Shown piece after piece: positions 19,108 to 27,848 of a stretch of DNA of 34,424 nt. The first letter of the stretch is position 1. Each line of letters starts with the position of its first letter. The DNA lies in NCBI GenBank assembly GCA_964427935.1, contig CAYRWH010000002.1, forward strand, positions 1 to 34,424, written 5' to 3'. The notes under the pieces were generated by a model. The model was not told where the DNA came from, searched no databases, and worked only from the letters and a program-made list of their open reading frames with translations. Source of the stretch: an uncultured Halobellus sp. Lineage in GTDB: Archaea > Halobacteriota > Halobacteria > Halobacteriales > Haloferacaceae. Made by a program: the position numbers and the translations under genes.

Positions 19108-20391
19108 CTACCAAGTCGTCAGCGCCGCCCGACCGTGGTCCCGGGCGAGTATCGCGAGGAACGCGAGCACGCCCGTGATAGCGAACGCGCCGCCGACGTA
19201 AAACACGGACGCCATGCTCACCTCGACCATCAGCCAGCCCGCGATGAGTGGTCCCGCCACCGATCCGGGCCGCCACACCAACTCACGGATCCCAAAGCTT
19301 GAGGCGACGCCGCCGTCGTCGGTTCCCTCGTCGGCAAACAGCGCCATGCTGGCGGGTTCACGGAAGGAGTCGGCGACACCAAGCAGTCCCGACAGCGCGA
19401 CCAGCGGCAGGTAGGCCGCCGGCAACGCGCCGAGAACGGGGACAGTCACGTCGGCCCCGAGTACACCACCGATGGCGGGAGCGAACGGTATTGCGAGGGC
19501 GACGAGGCCGTACGCACCCCCACCGGCGAACACGAACAGTGAGCGCCCGTACGCATCAGAGAGTTGTCCGGTGAACAGCTGGCCGATCATGTTCGTTGCC
19601 TTCTCGGCAGTGACCGTAATCGCGACGGCGGTCGCGCCGACCGCGAGCCCTCCAGCCATCATCGACGTGCCGGCGTATATCGGGATCCACGTTCTGACCA
19701 TCGTCACCGCGAAGGCGTACTGGACTCGGAACGTCGAGATGGTGAGGATCTTTCGGTTGACCGCGAGATCCGAGAACGGGAATCCCTCAACACGCGTGGG
19801 ATCCGGGTCAAGCACTCCCCACGTGACGACCCACGCGAGTATCATCAGGGCTGTGATGATCGTGAACACCGGCCCGAACCCAACGGCATCGTAGATCACG
19901 CCCGCGCCGAGCGACCCAACAATTGAAGCCGCAAAGGAGGCCGCGTTCGCCTTCCCGATCTTGTCCGCGCGGGTGCCCACGTCGGCGATCTGTCCGACGA
20001 GCGACAGCGTCATCAGCCCCGCACCCGTGACGACGAGCCCCTGTAACGCCCGGACGAGAATGAAGGTGCCGGAGGAGTCGACCAGCGGAAACAGCGCGTA
20101 GACGCCCGCGCCAACGCCGAGCACGCCGAGCAACACGAGCCGTTTATCAAAACGGTCGCCAGCCCACGCGAGCGGGATCACGGCGGCCGTCTGCGCGAGT
20201 GTGAACCCCGTCGTGTACATACCGATAATGAACCCAGCCGAGACGGTGACGCCGAGTACTGTCGTCGCTTGCGGATCGAGCGTGTTGATGTACGTCGGCA
20301 ACAGCGTCAACAGCGTGATGAATCCGAATCCTTCGGCGAACCGGGTGAGATAGAGCGCCCAGAACTGTGATCGGCTGTCGGCGTTGCTCAC
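19108..20391 (-). CDS. MFS transporter
   Basis: About 12 TMs; GDRFDKR and GQLSDAYGR motif A repeats; RALQG. Confidence 0.92.
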   Translation of the reverse strand: MSNADSRSQFWALYLTRFAEGFGFITLLTLLPTYINTLDPQATTVLGVTVSAGFIIGMYTTGFTLAQTAAVIPLAWAGDRFDKRLVLLGVLGVGAGVYALFPLVDSSGTFILVRALQGLVVTGAGLMTLSLVGQIADVGTRADKIGKANAASFAASIVGSLGAGVIYDAVGFGPVFTIITALMILAWVVTWGVLDPDPTRVEGFPFSDLAVNRKILTISTFRVQYAFAVTMVRTWIPIYAGTSMMAGGLAVGATAVAITVTAEKATNMIGQLFTGQLSDAYGRSLFVFAGGGAYGLVALAIPFAPAIGGVLGADVTVPVLGALPAAYLPLVALSGLLGVADSFREPASMALFADEGTDDGGVASSFGIRELVWRPGSVAGPLIAGWLMVEVSMASVFYVGGAFAITGVLAFLAILARDHGRAALTTW

Positions 20392-20450
20392 ACACGTAGG
20401 CGTCCCACCTATTTAAAAGGGATTTCGATCCGAAAGCCGAACGTCACCGG

Positions 20451-20615
20451 GTGGACGCGGCCGCGGAGTCGGCAAGCCCGACGGCAGAACGGAACCCCTG
20501 CTCACGTCGCCGTATTGAAACCCTCGACGACGAGACCGACACCCCGATCGACGCGGTCGGCGTCGGTCCCGACCGCGAGGAGACGGTCGAGTTGGCAAAT
20601 CTGTTCGACGAGTAG
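20451..20615 (+). pseudogene. purA: Probable C-terminal remnant of adenylosuccinate synthetase
   Basis: Frame reads ...IETLDDETDTPIDAVGVGPDREETVELANLFDE*, resembling the PurA terminal motif (PI..VGVGPxREET). The rest of the gene is absent. Confidence 0.6.
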
Positions 20616-20648
20616 AGCAACCTGATGACGGCTATTCCGTATTTGCGG

Positions 20649-21515
20649 CTACTCCTCTGAGTCAATCGCGTCCAGCGCCGCCAGGTCCTCGTCGGTCAGC
20701 GACAGGTCCGCGGCCGCGAGGTTCGATTTGAGGTGGTCGACGCTCGACGTGCCCGGGATTGGGAGCGTCACGTCGGAGTGATCGAGGAGCCACGCGAGTG
20801 CGACCTGCCGAGCCGTCGCGTCGCGGCGGTCGGCGACCTCGCCGAGCGCGTGGGGGGTCTCGTCCCCGTCGACCGCGTACATCGGGCCCCACGGGATGAA
20901 CCCCACGTCGTTGCGCTCGCAGGCACGCAGCACGTCTTCGTCGTCGCGGTGGCCAACGTTGTACCGGTTCTGGACCGTGGCGATGTCGACGATCTCCATC
21001 GCGGTCTCCAACTGCTCGACGGTGACGTTCGAGAGTCCGACGTGGGCGATCTGGCCGGCATCTTTCATCTCTGCGAACGCGTGGACCGACTTCTCGAAGT
21101 CTGTGTCGGGGTCCGGGCGGTGGTACTGGTACAGGTCGATCGTGGTGGTCCCGAGCCGATCGAGGCTACAAAGTACCTGGTTCTTCAGGAAATCGGGGTC
21201 GCCGTGGGGGAGCCAGTCACCCTCGCGGTTGCGGAGCAGTCCGGCCTTCGACGCGACCACGACGCCGTCGGGGTCGCCGAGCGCCTCACCGATCAGTCGC
21301 TCCGAGACGCCCGGCCCGTAGGAGTCGGCGGTGTCGACGAAGTCGACGCCGAGGTCGACCGCGCGTCGGAGGACCTCCTTCGCCTCGCCCTCGTCACCGG
21401 GAGTACCGATGATCTCCTCGCCCGTGATCCGCATCGCGCCGAAGCCGAGACGGTTGACCGTTAGGTCGCCTCCGATATCAAACGTCTCGCGTCGGCTGGT
21501 GGTGTTCGAAGTCAT
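20649..21515 (-). CDS. Aldo/keto reductase
   Basis: RLGFGAM, DTADSYG, SLDRLG...IDLYQYH, GLSN, PIPGTSS. Start ATG 21515. Confidence 0.95.
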   Translation of the reverse strand: MTSNTTSRRETFDIGGDLTVNRLGFGAMRITGEEIIGTPGDEGEAKEVLRRAVDLGVDFVDTADSYGPGVSERLIGEALGDPDGVVVASKAGLLRNREGDWLPHGDPDFLKNQVLCSLDRLGTTTIDLYQYHRPDPDTDFEKSVHAFAEMKDAGQIAHVGLSNVTVEQLETAMEIVDIATVQNRYNVGHRDDEDVLRACERNDVGFIPWGPMYAVDGDETPHALGEVADRRDATARQVALAWLLDHSDVTLPIPGTSSVDHLKSNLAAADLSLTDEDLAALDAIDSEE

Positions 21516-21658
21516 GGGCGAGCGATCGCGCGCCACGCGGAAAGCTGTGGGGATGGCGGAAGGGGTGCTCTTCCCTGCTCGATCTCTGCGCTCGCTCCAA
21601 CCGATCGACGTGTTGCGTCCGCCGCTACTCATAAACCGCCCCCGCCTGATCATTAGGT

Positions 21659-22147
21659 ATGGAAGCCGAGCGCGAGGTACTCGACGTGTTGGCCCGGAAC
21701 GCTCGTGAGGACATCGAGGACATCGCGGCCCAGACGGGGCTTGACACAGCGGCAGTAGCGGCGGCGATCGACTCATTAGAGGAGAACCGTGTGGTTCACG
21801 GCTATCAAGCCGTCGTCGACTGGGACCGCGTCGAGGAGGGAAAGATCCGCGCAGTTGTCGAGATCAACGTGGAACTCGACCGCGAAACCGGCTACGAGGA
21901 GGTCGCGGACCGGATCGCGAAGTTCCCCGCGGTCGACGCCCTCCACCTCGTTTCCGGCGACTACGACTTCGCCGTAGAGGTGCTCGGCGAAACGATGCAG
22001 GACGTATCGCGGTTCATCTCCGAGCAGGTCGCGCCCATGCCCGAGGTTACCCAGACGGTCACCCATTACATTATGGAGACCTACAAGGACGGCGGGATTC
22101 GCTTCGCCGACGGCGACGACGACGACCGACTCTCCGTTTCCCCATGA
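21659..22147 (+). CDS. Lrp/AsnC transcriptional regulator
   Basis: N-terminal HTH plus RAM domain (VSGDYDF); coupled to the aminotransferase gene. Confidence 0.93.
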   Translation: MEAEREVLDVLARNAREDIEDIAAQTGLDTAAVAAAIDSLEENRVVHGYQAVVDWDRVEEGKIRAVVEINVELDRETGYEEVADRIAKFPAVDALHLVSGDYDFAVEVLGETMQDVSRFISEQVAPMPEVTQTVTHYIMETYKDGGIRFADGDDDDRLSVSP

Positions 22148-23286
22148 GAACGGCGAACCGCGCCCGCGAACTCCCCGAGTCAGGAATTAGAGAGTTCTTC
22201 GAGCTGGCGGAGGCCCGCGACGACGTGATCTCTCTCGGCGTCGGCGAGCCCGATTTCTCCGCGCCGTGGGCCGCTCGAACCGCCGCGATCGACTCGCTTG
22301 AACGCGGCCGTACCTCCTACACCGCGAACAGGGGTACGGCCGAGCTTCGTGAGGCCGTAGCCGAGCACCACGAGCGCTACGCTCAGTCGTACGACCCGGC
22401 CGAGGAGGTACTCGTTACGACCGGCGCGAGCGAGGCGGTTGATCTCGCGTTCCGCGCGCTTGTGGATCCGGGCGATACCGTAGCGATCCACGAGCCGACG
22501 TACATCTCCTACGGGCCGGGCGTCGAGCTCGCCGGCGGCGAGCCACTCTCGGTCCCGACCCACGCAGCGGACGACTTCGCTCTCACCCGCGACCGGCTGG
22601 AGGCGGCGGGTGCTGAGGCGGCGGACGTGCTCGTCCTCTGTTACCCGAACAACCCGACCGGCGCGGTCATGTCGGAGTCGGAACTCGCCGAGGTGGCAGC
22701 GTTCTGTCGCGAACACGACCTGAGAGTCGTCGCCGACGAAATATACGCGGCGCTTACGTATACCGCCGACCACGCGTCGATCGCGACCCAGCCAGGTATG
22801 CGCGAGCGAACGGTCGTCGTCAACGGCTTCTCGAAGGCGTACGCGATGACAGGGCTCCGGCTCGGCTACGCGCTCGGACCCGCCGATGCTATCGACGCGA
22901 TGAATCGGATCCACCAGTACACGATGCTTTCAGCGCCGACGACCGCCCAGCACGCCGCGTTAGAGGCTCTCCGGAGCTGTGCGGACGAGGTGCGAGAGAT
23001 GGTCGACGAGTACAACCGCCGCCGTCGACTGGTCGTCTCGCGGTTCAACGAGATGGGGCTCGACACCTTCGAGCCGGGCGGCGCGTTCTACGCGTTCCCC
23101 GAGTGTGGCGGCGACGACGAGGCGTTTGCGGAGGAGCTTCTGGAAGCGGAGGGGGTGGCGGTCGTCCCCGGCTCTGTCTTCGGCGCGGGCGGTGAGGGGC
23201 ATCTCCGGGTGTCGTACGCGACTTCGATGCGAGAACTAAAGGAGGCAACCGACCGAATCGCGTCGTTCGTCGCTAACCGAGACTAG
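22144..23286 (+). CDS. PLP-dependent class I/II aminotransferase (aspartate aminotransferase-like)
   Basis: SLGVGEPDF, YPNNPTG, DEIY and GFSKAYAMTGLRLG motifs. Confidence 0.95.
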   Translation: MRTANRARELPESGIREFFELAEARDDVISLGVGEPDFSAPWAARTAAIDSLERGRTSYTANRGTAELREAVAEHHERYAQSYDPAEEVLVTTGASEAVDLAFRALVDPGDTVAIHEPTYISYGPGVELAGGEPLSVPTHAADDFALTRDRLEAAGAEAADVLVLCYPNNPTGAVMSESELAEVAAFCREHDLRVVADEIYAALTYTADHASIATQPGMRERTVVVNGFSKAYAMTGLRLGYALGPADAIDAMNRIHQYTMLSAPTTAQHAALEALRSCADEVREMVDEYNRRRRLVVSRFNEMGLDTFEPGGAFYAFPECGGDDEAFAEELLEAEGVAVVPGSVFGAGGEGHLRVSYATSMRELKEATDRIASFVANRD

Positions 23287-23458
23287 CCGTTCTCGTACCT
23301 CCACGCTTGATTGCCTCAACCACGCCGATCAGCACTGGTAAACCGCGGAGAGAACAGTTCGTATCTTGACAGGCTGGTGTTTCCTTCGTATCCTGATCGT
23401 TGTTACCAATAAACAATATTAAATAATTGACTCGAATATGTCGACATAGTGATCGGAA

Positions 23459-24172
23459 ATGCCCGTACTCACGCAAGTGGATGTCATCGCCGTTGGGCTA
23501 CTGATCGCTTCCGTGGCCGGCATCCTCCTCGGTGTGTACCTCGTCGTCTGGGGAGTAAACGGGATTCGACGCGGATTTTCGGTGTGGTCGAACGATCCCA
23601 TCCCAATCGCCGACGCACATCTCGCTGACGGTACTATCGAGGTTGAAGGAACGGCCGAGTCCCTTGTCGAGACGGTTAACGCTCCGTACTCCGGACGTTC
23701 TTGTCTGGCGTATTCGTCAAAGAAAGAACGAAAAGAGCGTGAACGGAACGACGACGGGGACTGGGAGACGAATTGGAAGACGGTGTCAAGTTCGAGCGGG
23801 TCCGTCCCGTTCAATGTCGTCGACGAGACTGGGTCGATACCGGTGGATCCGGGTGAGGCGACGCTCGGAATGGACCGCGAGTACAGCAGCCGCTCGGGAG
23901 ACGTGAGGCGCCGTGAGAACCGCATTGATACGGGTGACGACGTTCACGTTATCGGACAGCGGCTCTCGGTAACTGAGAAGCGTCCCGAACTCGGCGATGC
24001 GGCCGAGTACATCGGTGATGGCGACGACGCGCCGACGTTTCGGGTCACGGACGGAAGCGAATTAGAGACAGTCGCTCGAATGTTCGGTCGCTCCGCGGCG
24101 AGCGTACTCTTCGGTGTGTTGCTCGCGGGAGTGTTCGTGTTCCTATTTATAGAGACGCTTCCGGAGCTGTGA
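23459..24172 (+). CDS. Membrane protein, GIDE-like domain
   Basis: N- and C-terminal TMs flanking EVEGTA...APYSGRSCLAY...VPFNVVDETGSIPVDP...VHVIG. Confidence 0.7.
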   Translation: MPVLTQVDVIAVGLLIASVAGILLGVYLVVWGVNGIRRGFSVWSNDPIPIADAHLADGTIEVEGTAESLVETVNAPYSGRSCLAYSSKKERKERERNDDGDWETNWKTVSSSSGSVPFNVVDETGSIPVDPGEATLGMDREYSSRSGDVRRRENRIDTGDDVHVIGQRLSVTEKRPELGDAAEYIGDGDDAPTFRVTDGSELETVARMFGRSAASVLFGVLLAGVFVFLFIETLPEL

Positions 24173-24234
24173 ACCGAGATCGAATTTCCGATCGTTTAGG
24201 AACGATTATGATAGACACCAAGTGACATGCCACC

Positions 24235-25389
24235 ATGGAGTTCCAGCTATCCGACGAGCAGCGTCACCTCCGAGACGAGGTCAGGCGCTTCGCCGACGAG
24301 GAGATACGGCCGATTGCGACCGAACACGACGTTAACGAGTCGTATCCACACGGGGTCATGGAGAAGGCGGCGGAGATGGGACTACTCGCGCCACACGTTC
24401 CGGTGGAATACGGTGGCGTGGGGTACTCTGCGTTAGAGAACGCGATCCTCACCGAGGAACTGTTCGCTGCCGACCCCGGTATCGGACTCTGTGTCTCCAG
24501 TGCCGGGTTCGGCGCGGAAGCGATCATGGGTTTCGGTACCGAGGAACAAAAAGAGCGGATCCTCCCGGAGATCACCGCCGGCGACGCCATCATGGGGTCG
24601 GCTATTTCGGAGCCACAAGCCGGCTCCGATGTCACGTCGGTGGCAACCCGCGCACGAAAAGAGGGTGATGAGTGGGTGATCAACGGCTCGAAGATGTGGA
24701 TCACGAACGGAACGGTCGCGGACTACTTCGTCGTCGTCTGCGAGACCGACCCAGAGATCGAGGACCGCTACACCGGTTTTTCACAGATCCTCGTCGAAGG
24801 GGACCGAGAGGGACTCACCCGCGAGAAGATTACCGGCAAACTCGGCATCCGCGCCAGCGACACCGCGGAGCTCGTGTTCGACGACGTGCGTGTCCCGGAA
24901 GAGAACCTGATCGGCCAACGCGGAATGGGGTTTCTCCAACTCATGGACTTCTTCGACGAGACCCGTACCGCGGTTGCCGCTCAAGGCGTTGGGATCGCCC
25001 GCGGCGCGGCCGAGCGCGCACTGGAGTACGCCGAGGAACGTGAGCAGTTCGGCCGGTCGATCTCGGATTTTCAGGCGATTAAACACAAGCTCGCCGAGAT
25101 GTATACCAATACCGAGGCGGCACGGTGGCTCACGTATCGGTCGGCATGGGCGGTAGATAACGAGTCTGAAGACCTTACGGCGTTGGCGTCGATGGCCAAG
25201 GAGTTCGCATCGCGGATCGCCGTCGACATCGCGAATGAGGCCGTCCAGATACACGGGGGCGCGGGGTTCGTCAACGACCACGATGTCGAGCGGTTCTACC
25301 GAGACGCGAAAATCACACAGATATACGAAGGAACGACGGAGATACAAAAAAACATCATCGCCCGCGAACTCCTCGACGAGGGGATCTAG
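24235..25389 (+). CDS. acd: Acyl-CoA dehydrogenase
   Basis: SEPQAGSD, NGSKMWITNG, REQFGR, QIHGGAG and IYEGTTEIQ motifs. Confidence 0.96.
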   Translation: MEFQLSDEQRHLRDEVRRFADEEIRPIATEHDVNESYPHGVMEKAAEMGLLAPHVPVEYGGVGYSALENAILTEELFAADPGIGLCVSSAGFGAEAIMGFGTEEQKERILPEITAGDAIMGSAISEPQAGSDVTSVATRARKEGDEWVINGSKMWITNGTVADYFVVVCETDPEIEDRYTGFSQILVEGDREGLTREKITGKLGIRASDTAELVFDDVRVPEENLIGQRGMGFLQLMDFFDETRTAVAAQGVGIARGAAERALEYAEEREQFGRSISDFQAIKHKLAEMYTNTEAARWLTYRSAWAVDNESEDLTALASMAKEFASRIAVDIANEAVQIHGGAGFVNDHDVERFYRDAKITQIYEGTTEIQKNIIARELLDEGI

Positions 25390-25467
25390 CAATACAGAGC
25401 CCCGGTCGATGCCGGTAGCCGGACCGTGGACCGACATCTAAATACTCGCGCTCCGATTAGGTTTAGT

Positions 25468-26163
25468 ATGGGAGAGGAACGGACACCGGAGAACCGTCTC
25501 AAACAGCAGCGAGACAACCTCCAGCTGCTGAATCAGGTGATGCGTCACGACATCCGCAACGACCTTCAGTTGGTCGGGGCGTACGCGGAGCTGCTCGACG
25601 ACCACGTCGACGAGGAGGGCGAGCGCTACCTCGAGATCATCAAGGAGAACACGGATAGCGCGGTCGCACTGACCACGACGGTTCGTGACCTCGCAGAAGT
25701 GATGCTCCGCGAAGAGGCCGAGCCCGAGCAGGTGTCGCTCGATCATATCCTCTCCCAGCAGGTCGAGGAGCTTCGCTCGGCGTACCCTGAAACCGTCCTC
25801 ACGGTCGAGGGCTCGTTCCCTGACGAGATGGTCATCGCCGACGACATGTTGAGCTCGGTGTTCCGAAACCTCCTCCAGAACGCGGTCCAACACAACGACG
25901 AGACACCACCCACCATCGAGGTGTCGGCTACCGTTGCTGAGGACACCGTCGAGGTTCGAATTGCCGACAACGGACCGGGCGTTCCGGAGCACCTCCGCGA
26001 AGAAGTGTTCGGCAAAGGTGAGAAGGGACTCGATAGTCCAGGTGCCGGGATCGGCCTCTACCTCGTCAGGTCGCTCATCGAGACATACGGCGGAGAGGTG
26101 TGGATCGAAGACAACGACCCGAAGGGCGCGGTGTTCGTCGTCGAACTCAAACTCGCAGAGTGA
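25468..26163 (+). CDS. Histidine kinase (HisKA + HATPase only)
   Basis: H-box RHDIRNDL, N-box NLLQNAVQH, DNGPG, GIGLYLV. Start placed at ATG 25468. Confidence 0.88.
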   Translation: MGEERTPENRLKQQRDNLQLLNQVMRHDIRNDLQLVGAYAELLDDHVDEEGERYLEIIKENTDSAVALTTTVRDLAEVMLREEAEPEQVSLDHILSQQVEELRSAYPETVLTVEGSFPDEMVIADDMLSSVFRNLLQNAVQHNDETPPTIEVSATVAEDTVEVRIADNGPGVPEHLREEVFGKGEKGLDSPGAGIGLYLVRSLIETYGGEVWIEDNDPKGAVFVVELKLAE

Positions 26164-26193
26164 TCCCACATCCGATCGAGCGGAGTCGTCCAG

Positions 26194-26637
26194 TCACTCC
26201 TCGTCGTACGCCATCGCCACGGAGTTGATACAGAACCGCTTTCCCGTCGGCTCCGGTCCGTCGTCGAACACGTGCCCGAGATGCGAGTCACAGTTCGCAC
26301 AGCGAACCTCGGTTCGCCGCATCCCGTGGCTCGTGTCCACTGTCGTCGTTACTGACTCCTCCTCGGCAGCGTAGAACGCCGGCCACCCACAGCCGGATTC
26401 AAACTTCGTCTCGGCCTCGAACAACACAGTGCCACAGGCGGCACAGTTGTACTTTCCATCGTCCGGATGGTGGTCAACGTACTCACCGGAGAAGCGGGCT
26501 TCCGTCCCGCTCTGACGGAGTATTCGGTACTCTTCGTCGGTGAGTCGCTCGCGCCACTCCTCGTCGGTTAGTTCCGTGGGGTCGATGTCCTGACTCGCAG
26601 TATCACTCGCCTCGCTTGTGTCGCTCGTTTCGCTCAT
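26194..26637 (-). CDS. msrB: Peptide-methionine (R)-S-oxide reductase
   Basis: GTE, CAACG, SGCGWPAF, CANCDSHLGHVFDDGP and RFCINS motifs. Start ATG 26637. Confidence 0.97.
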   Translation of the reverse strand: MSETSDTSEASDTASQDIDPTELTDEEWRERLTDEEYRILRQSGTEARFSGEYVDHHPDDGKYNCAACGTVLFEAETKFESGCGWPAFYAAEEESVTTTVDTSHGMRRTEVRCANCDSHLGHVFDDGPEPTGKRFCINSVAMAYDEE

Positions 26638-26762
26638 ACCACCAATACGCGCCGCACGGGCAAGGGGGTTGCGCCGTTCGGACGGGAGCCACGCCGCATG
26701 AACAGACGATTGCCGCGGTTGATGAGATAGATGCCCAGAAACGAGTCGCCGTCGACGAACGC

Positions 26763-27848
26763 CTACAGCACGCCCATCTCGCCGAGTCGTTCGGGGAGGT
26801 AGGTGTCCGTGACGAAGTCGAGTCCGCGGCTTGCGAGCGACTGCTGTTCGGACTTCTTGCCGATATCGAGTTGGAGCTCGATCTGTTCTTCCCAGTAGTC
26901 CGTCTGGAACCGTGGGTCCTCGAGTTCGGACTCCAAGGCGTTGATATCGGAGTCCGCGAGCGGGTCCGAGGGAAGGTCGTACTCGACGATGTCCTCGGGC
27001 TGGATCCCGACGTAGCGTGCCTCCGGTGTCGCGAGATACGTCGAGAGGTGTGCGGACTTGATCGAGCCGTACGCGACCGAGCCGTAGATCCGGTAGGACC
27101 ACGGGTCACCGTCGGCGAAAACGACGATAGGAACGTCGAGTTCGTCGTGAATCCGTTTGGTAATCCGGCGGGTCGCGCGCGCCGGCTGTCCCTTGAGATG
27201 GATCACGAGACAGTCGTACGCCTCATCGAACCCGTTTTCGACCAGTCGGTCGCGCATTCCGCCCGTCTCGACGGCGAGCGCAAAGTCGATGTCGTGATCG
27301 AGAAACTCGATCATATCCGGGTTATTCGGGATCTGATACCCTCCCTCACCGACATCCTCCTGACAGTGTATCTCGCGTTCTCCGCGGCGGGTCTGCTCAC
27401 GGAGCTTCAGCGGGCCCATCAGGGTCGCCCCGGACTCCTCGGGACGCATGTGAAAGTCTTCCCGGGTAACGCCGGTGACAACCTCAAGATCTTCAACGAG
27501 GTCGTTCGATTCGTCTTGGCTGTTGAACTGTGCCTCCGTGTTGTCCCACGACTCAGAGAGATAGTATAACTCCCGCAGCGTCGAGGATCGGTCCTCTTCC
27601 AGCTGGTCGGCCAGGAACTCGATTGTGTACGCCGCTTTCAACAGCTTTCGTGCTCCTCCGACCGAGTTGGCACTTCGGATCGAGGTGCGGTCACCGTAGG
27701 TCCAGACGCCGCTCTCCTCGTCGTACTGGATATTGCTTTTCGTCCGGGTCGGAAGCTCCATCTCCGGGATCTTCCCGTCGGCGAACTGGTCGTAGAACTC
27801 CGCCGCCAGCTCGATGAGTTCGTCTCGTGCGTCGCTTTCTGTCGTCAT
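26763..27848 (-). CDS. top6A: DNA topoisomerase VI subunit A
   Basis: STLRELYY (catalytic Tyr region), VETGG, DGDPW TOPRIM motif. Confidence 0.97.
   Translation of the reverse strand: MTTESDARDELIELAAEFYDQFADGKIPEMELPTRTKSNIQYDEESGVWTYGDRTSIRSANSVGGARKLLKAAYTIEFLADQLEEDRSSTLRELYYLSESWDNTEAQFNSQDESNDLVEDLEVVTGVTREDFHMRPEESGATLMGPLKLREQTRRGEREIHCQEDVGEGGYQIPNNPDMIEFLDHDIDFALAVETGGMRDRLVENGFDEAYDCLVIHLKGQPARATRRITKRIHDELDVPIVVFADGDPWSYRIYGSVAYGSIKSAHLSTYLATPEARYVGIQPEDIVEYDLPSDPLADSDINALESELEDPRFQTDYWEEQIELQLDIGKKSEQQSLASRGLDFVTDTYLPERLGEMGVL

Noticed and set aside
20423-20435. TTTCG-ATC-CGAAA as a third site for the recombinase fusion
   Set aside because: The spacing is 3 nt rather than 16 and the inner arm bases are missing.
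20413-20648. tRNA or other structured RNA in the intergenic gap
   Set aside because: No cloverleaf or T-loop consensus; better explained by a purA coding remnant.
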